A DNA stretch of 64,000 bases. Source: Octopus vulgaris (taxonomy: Eukaryota). Under the pieces are notes generated by a model. The model searched no databases. It was not told the origin of the DNA and saw only the letters and a program-made list of their open reading frames with translations. Numbering within the stretch: the first letter of the stretch is position 1; each line of letters opens with the position of its first letter. Below, one piece after another: positions 28,636 to 42,812 of the stretch. The DNA lies in assembly GCA_951406725.2 (NCBI GenBank), contig OX597835.1, positions 42,904,001 to 42,968,000 of the forward strand, read 5' to 3'. Made by a program: the position numbers and the translations under genes.

Positions 28636-28680
28636 CACACGGACTCGAGTTTCTGGGTATTGACCCGTCATCAGCGTGTG
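28636..28680 (-). ncRNA. Type I hammerhead ribozyme with minimal palindromic stem III, in the last SYT12 intron
   Basis: cacacg-CUGAUGA-c gggu caau accc a-GAAA-cucgag-UC-cgugug. 6-bp stem I, 4-bp stem II, palindromic CUCGAG, GUC cleavage triplet. Confidence 0.82.
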
Positions 28681-29952
28681 ACAATCACAGTTTTCGATGA
28701 AAACTCGCTCTAAGATTTATTATTATTCTGATATAGTTATCTCAACAGAGTTGGCTGTGTGGTATGAAGCTTGCTTCCCAAACACATGGTTCCAGGTTCA
28801 GTCCCATGGTTCCAGGTTCAGTCCTTGGGCAAGTGTCTTCTACTATAACCTCAGGCCAACCAAAGCCTTGGAAACTGAAAAAAGCCCATTGTGTATATGT
28901 ATCTGTTGTGTGTCTGTGTTTGTCCCTTCCTCCAACCCTGCTTGACAACCGGTGTTAGCATGTTTATGACCCCGTAACTTAGTGGCTTGGCAAAAGACAC
29001 CAGTAGAATAAATATTGGGTTTAAGAAATATGTCCCGGATTCGATTTGTTCAACTAAAACCCTTCAAGGCTGTGCTCCAGCATGGCCACAGTCAAATGAC
29101 TGAAATCAGTAAAAGAATAAAAAAAACAAGAAAATTGCTGCTGAGGGTACATCACAGCCGTCCCAATATGTTTAGGTTATCCCAACATAGTTTCCGATTT
29201 CTTAGCTCAACAAACGATACCTTACAGTTGACCCAGTAGTTAGCCCACTATATTCCAATACATGACTCACCTAATATCTCTGTTATCACAACATTCAGCT
29301 GGTTGAAAATAAGGTTAATCACAAAAAAAAAAATATTACTATCCCAATATATATCTGTTATCCTGATATAATTGCTGGGTCTTTAACCCAACAAGTGGTA
29401 TATTACAGTTATCCTATTATATCTCTGTTATCTTTATGTTCTAGATATATTCCAGTATCATAACTCCTAGTTATACTTGCCTCCCAATATGGGGTCAATT
29501 ATATTCAATTACAATAAAAATTAAAATAACAATATTAGGAACATCCCCCAAAAGACATATAATTGTAGATCTCCAGACAGGTGTCCCCTGAACAACAGGT
29601 CCTTAGAAAAAGAATTAGTGTGTAAGGCCAGCATTATAGATTTGAAATGAATAACAGAAACTTGCCATGCTTGAGAAGACACATCAAGTTAAGTGAAATT
29701 CTGGTTGACCCCTGCATACAGGCATGACCCCTACATCCGTCTCCAGCCGAGTATTCCTAATTTTGCCAGCTTGTGTGAACTGATGCCATGCAAAAAGTAC
29801 CAAAACCAGAGCTGTGTAAAAATGGTTGGCATTAGGAAGGGCATCCAGCCATAGAAACTATGCCAAAATAGACAGCTGGACCCTGGGCAGCCCTTCAGCC
29901 GGCCAGCTTTCTTCAAACCGTCCAGCATGCCTGTATGGAGAACAAGTGTTAA

Positions 29953-30178
29953 CCCATTCGTTACTGTATTTATTTTGAGATGCTCTGTGTTTCTTCCAAT
30001 TATTTTAAATATAGGCGCAGGAGTGGCTGTGTGGTAAGTAGCTTGCTAACCAACCACATGGTTCCAGGTTCAGTCCCACTGCATGGCATCTTGGGCAAGT
30101 GTCTTCTGCTAGAGCCCCGAGCCGACCAATGCCTTGTGAGTGGATTTGGTAGACGGAAACAGAAAGAAGCCTGTCGTA

Positions 30179-30227
<49 letters not shown>

Positions 30228-30592
30228 TTGTGTGTCTGTGCTTGTCCCCCCAACATTGCTTGACAACCGATGCTGGTGTGTTTACATGCCCATCACTTAG
30301 CGGTTTGGCAAAAGAGACCGATAGAATAAGTACTGGGCTTACAAAGAGTAAGTCCCGGGGTCGATTTGCTCGACTAAAGGCGGTGCTCCAGCATGGCTGC
30401 AGTCAAATGATTGAAACAAGTAAAAAAAAAAAACAAAGAATTTAGTAAAATATCTTTGTTATCATTAAGCTAGTGTTAGGAACATAAATTGTGACTAAGG
30501 TTTGGTGGAAGATTTTAATTCAAAACTTATGGAAACAAGACATTTATACTAAAGAGCCAGAGCCGGTTTCAGCCGGGTTGGTAACGAAAGGG
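29953..30592. mobile_element. piggyBac-like MITE with nested SINE
   Basis: TTAA|CCCATTCGTTAC ... GTAACGAAAGGG|TTAA, with a SINE inserted at about 30014-30430. Decayed relatives lie at about 22230-23885. Confidence 0.78.
30014..30430 (+). mobile_element. SINE family A nested in a piggyBac-like MITE
   Basis: Full-length copy starting ggcgcaggagtggc. Confidence 0.85.
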
Positions 30593-30602
30593 TTAAATGA
30601 TA

Positions 30603-30637
<35 letters not shown>

Positions 30638-32038
30638 TATAGTAATCAAATATTTTTCTATTGTCTGAAATATACTACACTAGGGCAAGAGCAAATTTTT
30701 TGAAAAGTGCACTGCATGAGACAAGGTTCGTCATCAGGTGGACCACTTTACTAAAACAATTCAAGATCATTTATAATTATGTGTGCCATTTAGAAACCCC
30801 CTTGGGCCACAATTTGCTCAAGGCTATACAAGATATATTCCATTATAACTCTTTTATCTCAATATACTAGATATATTCTAATATATCAATTATCTCAATA
30901 TATTTGATATCCCAATATACAAGATGTGGAGGCACATGGCCTAGTGGTTGGAGCAATGGACTCGTGGTTGAGAGATTGTGGGTTCGAATCTCAGACCGGG
31001 CGATGTGTGTATTTATGAGCGAAACACCTAAGCTCGACGCGGCTACAGTAGAAGGTAATGGCAAACTTCTGATGACTCTTTCGCCACAACTTTCTCTCAA
31101 TCTTTCCTCCTGCATCTTGCAGCTCACCTGCAACGGACTGGCATCCCATCCAGGTGGGAAACCTATACGCCAAGAAACCGGAAAACCGGCCCTTATGAGC
31201 TAAACATGGCTCGAGAAGGAACAAACAACAATATACTAGATATATTCCAATACAGTACAGTTATCCCAATAGATTTGTTATCCCATTATACAAGATATAT
31301 TCCTGTATGTTACAGTTATCCCATTATTTTTATGTTATCCATTTATACAAGATATTCCACTGTACTGTCATTATCCCAGAATATTTTTTATCCCAAAAAA
31401 CAAGATATATTCCAGTATATTCCAGTATATTCCAGTATATTACAGTTATCCCATTATACCTCTATTATTCCTGTACCAAAATAAAGGCTCAAAGGTCCTT
31501 CCCAATCCATAGGCTCATAAGGGCCAATTTCTCAGATTTTGTGGTGTATATATTACCCTTGGATGGGATACCAATCCATCTTAGGATTACTCCCTTTTGC
31601 CAGCAGAGTGAACTGGAACAACATGAAATGAAGTGTTCTGCTCAAGAATACAATGCATCGCCTGGTCCAGGAATCAAAACCACAATCTTATGATCATGAT
31701 GCTGACACCTTAACCATTAGCCATGCCCTTCCACAGTTATTCCAGTGTATTTGTTATCTCAATATATTACCATTATCCCAAACTGCTTCCTTTATTACAT
31801 ATATTCCTGCTAAACATATTCCAATACATTGCAGCTATCCTAATACATTGGTTATCTTAGTACAACAAAACAAAATTCGTTATTCATCAGTTAGTTTTAA
31901 AGACAAAACCCACATCTTTATTTTCAAAATATTTAAAAATATATTAATACTGGAGTTATGTCCCTTGGATTTTTTCACTACTTTGCAAGGAGGCTGGTGT
32001 CTTCTAATTGCAACAATAACCTTGATTGAAGCTCTTTC

Positions 32039-32103
<65 letters not shown>

Positions 32104-32204
32104 TGTGTGTGTGTGTGTGTGTGTATGTGTGTGTGTGTGTGTGTGTGTATATATAATAGAGATATATATAGTATTCTCTGTCTAATTTTGTTTTGTGATG
32201 TGTG

Positions 32205-32240
<36 letters not shown>

Positions 32241-33122
32241 CATATATATGTCTGTATGTATGTATGTATATATATATATATATCGTGTTAATATCAAACA
32301 GTGAGAATGAGTGCAGAAGAAACACTGCAGCAGAAGATAAATATTCACTGATAAAGATACTTTCAAAAGTCTGCCCCATACACTGCATTAGAAAGGTCCA
32401 ACTTTAAGAGTAGCATAAATTATATTGAACTAAATGTAGACAGACTAAGATGATGCAGACAGAGGAAAATCTTATGGTACAATCCCCTCTACAGTATGAA
32501 TACAGATAAACAGCTCGAAAATTCTTAAGATTCATAGATAACAACTTCTCAGACTTACATAAATACCATAAGATTTTTAATAGAAATACAGTTAAAGTTA
32601 GTTATACTTGCCTCCCAATATGGGGTCAATTATATTCAATTAGAATAAAAATTAAAATAACAATATTAGGAACATCCCCCAAAAGACATATAATTGTAAA
32701 TCTCCAGACAGGTGTCCTCTGAACAACAGGTCCTTAGAAAAAGAATTAGTGTGTAAGGCCAACATTATAGATTTGAAATGAATAACAGAAACCTATATTG
32801 GAATGATGGGAAACACCTTCAAAGAAAGATATGTGCAACAATTGGCTTCATTCAGAGATAAAAACAAAAGACACACTCCTGTCTAATATTGTATGGACAC
32901 TAAAAGAGAGAGACGTGAATATCATCTAGATAACCTGGAGCATTATTGCTAAAATTAGCAAACACAGGGGATGAGATGACAAAGGTGAGCTTTGCATCAT
33001 CAAAGCATTAAACATGATAACATCAAAAGTGAATTTTTAAATATTAGAGAGAGGCAGTTTGTGTGTGATGTGCATGTGTGCGTCGTGTGCATGCATGTGT
33101 GTGTGAATGTGATTATACATAC

Positions 33123-33256
33123 CGAAAGAGCTGATGCTGGTACAGAAAATATCATAGCTTCATTGAAAATAGGATTTGTTTCAGAACGTTTCACTGTTGT
33201 TCGCTTCTTGTTAATTTTCTTACCATTTTGAAGAAGATAGACTTTCACAAATGGAT
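33123..33256 (-). CDS. SYT12: Synaptotagmin-12-like, coding exon 7 (C2B polybasic region)
   Basis: Acceptor ctctgacag, DPFVKVYLLQNGKKINKKRTTVKRSETNPIFNEAMIFSVPASALS, 134 nt, phase-0 donor GTATGT. DPFVKVYLLQ and FNEAMIFSVP are characteristic of SYT12. Confidence 0.97.
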
Positions 33257-33464
33257 CTGTCAGAGAGAAGAGAAAGTGAAGAAAGGGAAACAGAAGCATG
33301 AAATATTTTGTAGAATAAAAAGTAGAAAACTATAAATTTCACACATGGTTCATAATTTAATTGTGTTCTACAGCTGTTTCAATGGAAGTAATAACTTGGT
33401 TGCTGTTTCTAGCAAACTAAATGGCAATTTAGATGTTTCATCAATACTTCTATACATAACATGA

Positions 33465-33733
33465 CTGGCTTCCGTGTCGGTGGCACGTAAAATGCACCAA
33501 TCCAATCATGGCCGTTGCCAGCCTCTCCTGGTCCCTGTGCCGGTGGCACGTAAAAGCACCCACTACACTCACGGTGTGGTTGGCGTTAAGAATGGCATCC
33601 AGCTGTAGAAACACTGCCAGATTAGACTGGGGCCTGGTGCAGCCTTCTGGCTTCCCAGAACCCGGTTGAACCGTCCAACCCGTGCTAGCATGGAAAGTGG
33701 ACGTTAAACGATGATGATGATGATGATGATGAT
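33465..33733 (+). mobile_element. (GAT)n-tailed retroposon 3' end (RTE-like LINE or partner SINE)
   Basis: gtggttggcgttaagaatggcatccagctgtagaaac...ggacgttaaacg(atg)n. Reverse copies at about 6608-7005, 7815-8430, 10371-10560, 34180-34540 and 50183-50400. Confidence 0.7.
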
Positions 33734-34736
33734 GAAAATAATTAATAAGAGATCACATGTCAGTCTACTTTCTATTATAATTTTATTTTAATATTACCCA
33801 TTAGTCTCTTTAGCATTAACCATGAGTAAAAGCAGTGAGCCAGCAGAATCCTTAGCAACCCAGGCAAAATGATTAGCAGCGTTTTGTCTTTCTTTATATT
33901 CTGTGCTTCAATTCTGCTGAGGTCGACTTTGCTTTTCATCTTTAAGGAGTTGATAAAACAAGTACCAGTGGAACTTTGGGGGAGGGGTCAATGTAATCAA
34001 ACAATTGTTTGTATGGTAAGAAGTTTGCTTCCCAACCACATGGTTCTGGGTTCAGTCTCACCACATGGCACCTTGGGCAAGTGTCTTCTACTATAACCCA
34101 GGCCAACCAAGATCTTGTGAGTGGATTTGGTAGATGGAAACTGAAAGAAGCCTGTCATATATATCATCATTATCCTTATCATCATCATCATCTTTTAATG
34201 TCTGTTCTCCATGCTGGTATAGGTTGGATGGTTTGACTGGGCTGGCATGCTGGAAGGCTGTGCCAGGCTCCAGTCTGATTTGGTATGGTTTCCTACGGCC
34301 AGATACTTTTCCTAACGCCAACCACTCCAAGAGTGTAATGGGTGCTTTCACATGCTGCTGGCACGGGTGCCATTTGCACGACACTGATATCTGTCAAAAC
34401 TGTGATTTTGCTTGGCTTGATGGGTCTTCTTCTCAAGCACAAGATAAAGCCAAAGGTCTTGGTCATTGGTTCTGTGAAGCCCAATATTCGAAAGGAACTC
34501 AGCCACCTGGTCTCCATGAGGTCCAACACTTGAAAGTAACATATATCATCATCATTTAGTGTCCATTGCACATACAGGCATGGGTTGGATGGTTTCACCA
34601 AAGCTGGCAAGCTGGAAGGCTGCACCAGACCCCAGTCTGATTTGGCATGGTTAGACTGGGGCCTGGTGCAAAACCTTCCAGCTTGCCAGCATTGGTCAAA
34701 CCACCCCTATATATATACACACACATATATATACAT

Positions 34737-34774
<38 letters not shown>

Positions 34775-34899
34775 TTCTTCCATTTTCCTGAGCGCCTAAT
34801 AATAATAATACTGTAATTGTTCCACGTGTTGTTGTTTTTTCTGTTTTCCCGTTTGGATTAACCTTATATATATATATATATATTCATATATATATATAT

Positions 34900-35765
34900 A
34901 TAGGAAAAAAGCAACAAGAATGGATCAATATATCGGTACAATTGTTTCGTACGAGGACATCTTTAATAAAGCTACAAAAATTGCAGTAAATATAGGTGGC
35001 TTGTACTCATCAGCCGAAAAACATCAGAGATTCCCAAACATCAAAGGGGGTAATGTTACACTTATGAAACATCATGGAAAATTCTATAAAAATGAGATTT
35101 AGATAACAAATTGGTTTCTAAGAGTTCAATTAGTATTACACAGTCATATATCAGGTTATTAAAAAGGTTTTTTCAAAACATCCTAGTTTTCCAGAGAGTG
35201 AAGATAAAAATGAGGGTGTGAGTTTAACTGTATTGAAGAAAGTTTGATTCCTGGAGATCCGATGAGAGGTATTGAACTTACAGAATATGTGCTTGTCCAT
35301 ATATAGTTCATAGTAAATTGTTAATCAAGCTATGTGAAGAAATTTTGGATACCATCGTGCGAAATTTCTGAGAACTGCTGTATTATAATCTGAGTAAGAA
35401 GCGTAGCGACAGCCTTTTCGTGTAGAGGAACAGGCTGTTATTGAAATTTACAAGAATCACAGAGCTAAGGAAGAAAGTTGAATTAGACCAGTTACTGCTA
35501 TTAATTGCTATATAAAGAGGAAACGGGAAGCTAAAAGGAGTACGAGCCACCTATATTTACTGCAATTTTTGTAGCTTTATTAAAGATGTCCTCGTACGAA
35601 ACAATTGTACCGATATATTGATCCATTCTTGTTGCTTTTTTCCTATTTGTAATCACCCCACTTTGTCGTATGGTTAACACCATATAGATTTCCGGTGCAT
35701 CCTAGTTAAGGACCATATTCATGTGAATTCATTAGAACTCACTTGAATCTCAATTACTTAAACCG
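34900..35765. mobile_element. Penelope-like or retrozyme-like insertion with inverted segment
   Basis: Bounded by (TA)n on both sides. Inverted repeat of 109 bp (34900-35008 / 35538-35646, one mismatch) that overlaps a hammerhead. Confidence 0.6.
34933..35017 (-). ncRNA. Type I hammerhead ribozyme in the SYT12 intron after coding exon 6
   Basis: ucgg-CUGAUGA-guacaag...cucguac-GAAA-caauug-UA-ccga. Canonical G-C first pair of stem II, palindromic CAAUUG stem III, GUA triplet. Confidence 0.82.
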
Positions 35766-35798
35766 TATATATATATATATATATATAAATATATATAC

Positions 35799-35831
<33 letters not shown>

Positions 35832-36282
35832 AATATATATACATATATATATACATATATATATATATATATTTAGTGGTGTTTCATCTGTCTTATGTTT
35901 TGAGTTCAAATTCCGCTGAGGTCGACTTTGCCTTTCATCCTTTCAGGAGTGATATATTAGATACCAGTTGCATACTGGGATCATTCTAATCGACTGACCC
36001 TCCCTTCCCAAAAATTTCGAGTTGTGCGAGTTGTGCCTAGAGTAGAAAAGAATATGTGTGTGTGTGTGTGAGTATGCTGTCTTTGTGTGTTTACATCCCC
36101 GTAACTTAGCAGTTCAGCAAAAGAGACCAACAGAGTAAGTACCACACTTGAAAAAAATAAATAAATAATACTTGGGTTGATTCATTTAACTAGAAATTCT
36201 TCAACGTGGTGCCCCAGCATGGCCACAGTCTAATGACTGAAACAAGTAAAAGGATAAAAAATAAAGGAAATGACAACCGTAC

Positions 36283-36403
36283 CTCCAATATCTTTGCTCG
36301 TCACCCATTTCAAGTTCCGTGCCTTCACAATCACAATGGTTAACCGTTCCGCTGTTGGGAGGTAGCTCAGGGAAAACATGATGTCACCAAACTCGGCATG
36401 CCT
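36283..36403 (-). CDS. SYT12: Synaptotagmin-12-like, coding exon 6 (C2B start)
   Basis: Acceptor ttaattacag, [40 protein letters not shown], 121 nt, phase-1 donor [18 protein letters not shown] matches the SYT12 C2B motif as I recall it. Absent from the ORF track. Confidence 0.96.
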
Positions 36404-36616
36404 CTGTAATTAAAACCACGGGAAATTTAATTAGGGTTTGTTTAATGTACTTTTTGTAGTTTTGTTTTAAAATTTCTGATTTAAATTTACTGATGAATTT
36501 GTGTTGTTATGAAAGATGAGATTTTAAGAGTGTAGGATGATGGAGGCAGACTCTACTGAGGGGGGAATCACATTAAATATGCTAAAACACACACACACAC
36601 ATGCACACACGTATAG

Positions 36617-36681
<65 letters not shown>

Positions 36682-36833
36682 CACACACACACACAAACAC
36701 ACACACACCTATAATCTGGAGTTTTTGGTAGTTTTCTGAATGTCTCAACACTTCAAGCATGTTGGAGTTACGTGGTTTTCGCCCTTGCTCTCTTAATATA
36801 ATTATATACATATGCATATCATTGATTTAATGC

Positions 36834-37299
<466 letters not shown>

Positions 37300-37343
37300 G
37301 CTAGAGGTAGTGATGACAGTGATGCTGATGACAAATACTTTAC

Positions 37344-37556
37344 CTCGTCCAAATCCCTGAGATTCAGCCACATTTTTATTGGGACCCTTAAATCAATGTC
37401 TCCCATCTTAATCTCACTTTCACCAATAACTTTATGTCTGGCGTATTTATCAACCGAAAACACCTGGAACTGAATGATTTTAGAATCCAGGTGGGTCGGT
37501 TCCACATTGAACAGGAACCGTTCTTTATACACTGGGTCAGTTGTGTTCTTCTGGAC
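37344..37556 (-). CDS. SYT12: Synaptotagmin-12-like, coding exon 5 (C2A second half)
   Basis: Acceptor tatttcag, VQKNTTDPVYKERFLFNVEPTHLDSKIIQFQVFSVDKYARHKVIGESEIKMGDIDLRVPIKMWLNLRDLDE, 213 nt, phase-0 donor GTAAAG. Confidence 0.96.
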
Positions 37557-37611
37557 CTGAAATAGGGACAAAAAACACAGCCATAAACAAAAGACTTTTA
37601 TATATATATAT

Positions 37612-38157
37612 ATTTCTTTACTGCCCACAAGTGGCTACACTCAGAGGGGACAAACAAGGTCAGACAAAGGGATTAAGTCGATTACATCGACCCCAGTGCG
37701 AAGCTGGTACTTTATTTATCGACCCAGAAAGGATGAAAGGCAAAGTCGACCTCGGCGGAATTTGAACTCAGAACGTAACGACAGACGAAATACCTATTTC
37801 TATTTCTTTATTACCCACAAGGGGCTAAACACGGAGGGGACAAACAAGGACAGACATAGGTATTAAGTCGATTACATCGACCCCAGTGCGAAGCTGGTAC
37901 TTAATTTATCGACCCAGAAAGGATGAAAGGCAAAGTCGACCTCGGCGGAATTTGAACTCAGAACGTAACGACAGACGAAATACCGCTAAGCATTTCGCCC
38001 GGCGCCCTAACGTTTCTGCCATATATTTTTTTTTTTACTACCCACAAGGGGCTAAACACAGATATGACAAACAAGGACAGACAAACGGATTAAGTCGATT
38101 ATATCGACCTCAGTGCGTAATTGGTACTTAATTTATCGACCCCGAAAGGATGAAAAA
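37612..38157 (-). mobile_element. Tandem copies of SINE family C (core ctttgcctttcatcctttcggggtcgataaattaagtaccag)
   Basis: Three head-to-tail partial copies. The same core recurs at about 22370-23060, 35880-36050, 39640-40340, 41730-41900, 48150-49000 and 55378-55592. Confidence 0.75.
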
Positions 38158-40511
38158 GGCAACATGCGTCAAGCGTTCGAATGTTTGGCAGTTTCCTAAT
38201 TACCTCCCTTTATATGGAGATTTCACCTGGTCACTGACCTGGTGGTGGTGGTGGTGGTGGTGGTGGTGCGGGGGTGGTGACGGCATTGGAGGTAGAAGTG
38301 GCGGTGGTGGTGACGGACGTGCAAGGGGCAGCGGTGGTGATGGTGACAGGCGTGATGTGGTGGTGGTGATGGACGTGGGTGGGAGAGAGGTCGGCAGTGG
38401 CAATGATGGCAGTGGTGGTGGTAGTGACAGACGTAGAAGGGGCGGCGATGGTGATGGTGACCGACATGATGTGGTGGTGGTGGTGGATGTGGAAGTGCGA
38501 GGGCGGTGACGGCATTGGAGGTAGAAGTGGCAGTGATGGTGACCGGCATGATGTGGTGGTGGTGGTTGTGGTGGTGGTGGTAGTGGTTGTGGTGGTGGTG
38601 GTGGTGGTTGGTGGTGGTGGTGGTGGTGGTGGTGGTGGTTGTGATGGTGGTGGTTGTGGTGGTGGTGGTAGTTGTGGTGGATGGTGGTGGTGGTGGTGGT
38701 GGTGGTGGTGGTGGTGGTAGTGGTTGTGGTGGTGGTGGTGGTTGTGGTTGTGGTGGTTGTGGTAGTAGTGGTGATGGACGTGGAATAGTGGCGTGGGCGG
38801 CGGTAGTAATGATGGTAGTGGCAGTGGTAATGAGGGGGGGGCTGATAATAACCATAGCAGTAGTGGTGGTGGTGGTGGTGGTGGTAGCGGTGATAATGAA
38901 AGTAAGACCTGGTAAAAGGCATTTCTCTTTGGTGTTTTACGGCAGTCAAAGGGTTTTTGTAAAGGGGGGTCCCAAATCATCCAATGTGGTAATTCCCTTT
39001 GTTGCTGTTCAATACTGTTCAATTACGATTTAGCATTTAAACTGGCCGTGTTCCAGCCGAAATATTCTCCTTGTTTAACGTTTACACCAGCCTGATCCCG
39101 CTTCTCAAACCTACCCTACCATGTCATTCTAAAAATAAACAATCTCATCATCGAAATCTCAAAGCTATGAGATTAGGGAGGAAGAATGCAAAAGAATGTG
39201 AATGTAAGCATTTCATTTGACAGAATAATCTGAATGCTAAAGGGTCAATGTGCCTTTTGGCTGTTCTTATAGATAAGACCCTTAAGGCAATGGAGTTGGT
39301 GGAAGCATTAAGCACCCCATGGAAAAGGAAACCGGGAAACCGGCCCTTATAAGCCAGGTATGGCTCGAGAAGGAACAAACAACAATATACTAGATATATT
39401 CCAATACAGTACAGTTATCCCAATAGATTTGTTACCCCAATATACTGGATATATTCCAATGTATTCCAGTTATCCCAAAATTTTCCTATTATCCCATTAT
39501 ACAAGATATATTCCTGTATGTTACAGTTATCCCATTATTTTTATGTTATCCATTTATACAAGATATTCCACTGTACTGTCATTATCCCAGAATATTTTTT
39601 ATCCCAAAATACAAGATTTTATCCCGAAATACAAAATACAGTATTTCGTATATCCTTATGTTCTAAGTTCAGTTCCTGCCAAGGTCAACTGTTTTTCATC
39701 CTTCCAAGGTTGATAAAACAAGTACCAGTTGTATACTGGGGTAAATGTTATTGACTTAGCCCCTCCCCTGGCGTTAGCACATCGGACAAAAGGCTTAGCA
39801 GTATTTTGTCAATCTTTATGTTCTAAGTTCAATTTCTACCAAGGTCACCTTTGCCTTTCAGCCTTTCAGAGTTGATAAAATAAATACCAGTTGCATACTG
39901 GAGATGATGTAATTGACTCCCCCACCCTCAAAAATTGCAGGACTTGTGCCAAAATTTGAAGCCATTTTTGATAATCCTTGCTGTCCCTAAGAGACAAACT
40001 TTCTGTGAGGGTTCTACTGGACAGTCTATTCCAATCTCCCTCAGCCATATGTCTATATCTTTGCTTACTGTTCCCAACACACCAATTATTATAGGCAAGA
40101 CCTTCACTGTTCGCATGCTCCAATTATTCATTTCACAGAATAATCTGAATGCTAAAGGGTCAATGTGTCATTTGGCTGTTCTTACAGATAAGACCCTTAA
40201 GGCAGTGAAGTTGGTGGATGCACTAAGCACCCCATGCAAAATGTCTAGCAGTATTTCGTATATCCTTATGTTCTAAGTTCAGTTCCTGCCAAGGTCGACT
40301 GTCTCTCATCCTTTCAGGGTTGATAAAACAAGTACCAGCCCCTGCCCCTGCCCCTGCCCCTGTCCTTGCCCCAACAAAGACTTCAGGCAGATAATACTTT
40401 CCTTAAGATGTGCACTGTGCCTAATAAGGCAGCTGCTTTTTGCAAGACACCAGTCTTGCATGGGATTTCCAGTTGCCTTAAGAAGTCTTGAAATTTCAAT
40501 GAGATTATCAC

Positions 40512-40565
<54 letters not shown>

Positions 40566-40603
40566 CATTATTATTATTTTTATTATTATTATTATTATTA
40601 TTA

Positions 40604-40712
<109 letters not shown>

Positions 40713-40765
40713 CACTATTATTATTATCATTATTATTATTATTATCATTATTATTATTATCACCA

Positions 40766-41260
<495 letters not shown>

Positions 41261-41274
41261 TATTATTATTATTA

Positions 41275-41316
<42 letters not shown>

Positions 41317-41355
41317 GATGTCAGAAGAATAGCATGCTTGTGTAAAAGTACTTAC

Positions 41356-41485
41356 TTTGGTAGAGAACTTGGTAGTTCTGTCCCCCAGCATCATCACCCG
41401 TATGTAGGTATCCAAAGACCCTGTGAACTGATTAGGCTCCAAGTCTTTGGCTTGAATAATACTGAGGACCAGCTCAGCCACTTCC
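41356..41485 (-). CDS. SYT12: Synaptotagmin-12-like, coding exon 4 (C2A)
   Basis: Acceptor cttaacag, EVAELVLSIIQAKDLEPNQFTGSLDTYIRVMMLGDRTTKFSTK, 130 nt, phase-0 donor GTAAGT. Confidence 0.95.
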
Positions 41486-42622
41486 CTGTTAAGTATAAGC
41501 AATAACAAAACTCATAACTATAGTTACAACATCAGTCATAAAAAGAGTCACAATATTAGTCACATCTATAATCACAAGAATCATAATTTTAGTCACAGCT
41601 TTAGTCACAACAATACAAAGTGTTTTCCTGAAGTTTTGAGACTATTTTAGGAGAGACAATTATAACTATTCTAGATTATTGTAATTTTAGTACATTATTA
41701 TTATTATTATTATTATTATAAATCTAATATTGTTAGCATATCGGGCAAAATGCTTAGCAGTATTTTGTCATTCTGAGTTCAAATTCTGCTACTGTTGACT
41801 TTGCCTTTCATCATTTCGGGGCCGATGAAATAAGTACCAGTTATGTACTGCGGTTGATGTAATCGACTTAATCCCTTTCCCCAAAATTTCAGGCCTTGTG
41901 CTTAGATGTATAATAATCCCAAAGGATTATTATACATCTAAGAAGTTAACCTGCCAAATTTTGTTATTCCAGATTGAAGGAGACAGAGTGAAGGAGATAC
42001 CACTTTGAAAAACCCCTGGTTTGCAGAATGGGGTTGGAAAGGGAAGTCAATTTGGGAGCTTGTTATGCAGTAAAGTCTAGTGTTAAAGGGGACGAAAAGG
42101 TTAAGGAAACTTATAGAATGTTCCAGATTGCTTATGGATAAAGATGCTGGCCAGCAGAAGAGGTTCAAGGATGGTTGAGAAGAGCTGAAAGACGATGAGA
42201 ATTGTGGGAGGGAGAGGGAGACGTTAGAACACCAGAACTGGATGAGAAAACATGAAATTCTCTGGATGAAGACCATCATGTTTACTAAGGATTTTAGCAT
42301 ACAGTTTGTAGTTGGTGTGGCAACTGTACAGAGAATTATTCAAGAAGGTTTGAACATGCATGAAATTTGTGCAGAATTTACTCAAGGATGCTCAGATGCA
42401 AAACGGATGTTAAATGATGTTATTTTGGCCAGATGTGGCCAGTTTAAATGCTAAAGGGTTAAAAGCAGGTCCTGGTGAACAGTTAAAGAGCTTAAAAGAC
42501 AGTGAAAAGTTACATATACACGACAGTGAACATTGAACAATTAAACAGCTAAATGCAAAAGTCATGTTACAGTGAACAGTTAAATGTAAAAGACAGTAAA
42601 GAGGTAAATAGCTACATATAAA

Positions 42623-42812
42623 AACGGTTACATATAAGACAGTGAACACTTGAACAGTTACGTATAAAACAGTGAATACTTGAACAGTTACGTATAAGAC
42701 AGTGAACACTTGAACAGTTATGTATAAGACAGTGAACACTTGAACAGTTACATATAAGACAGTGAACACTTGAACAGTTACATATAAGACAGTGAACACT
42801 TGTACAGTTACA
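42623..42812. repeat. 30-bp minisatellite (acagttacatataagacagtgaacacttga), about 6 units with degenerate flanks
   Basis: Direct period-30 repetition. It explains the VFTVLYVTVQ ORF. Confidence 0.92.

Noticed and set aside
42623-42812. CRISPR-like periodicity
   Set aside because: Head-to-tail 30-bp units with no unique spacers, in a eukaryotic intron.
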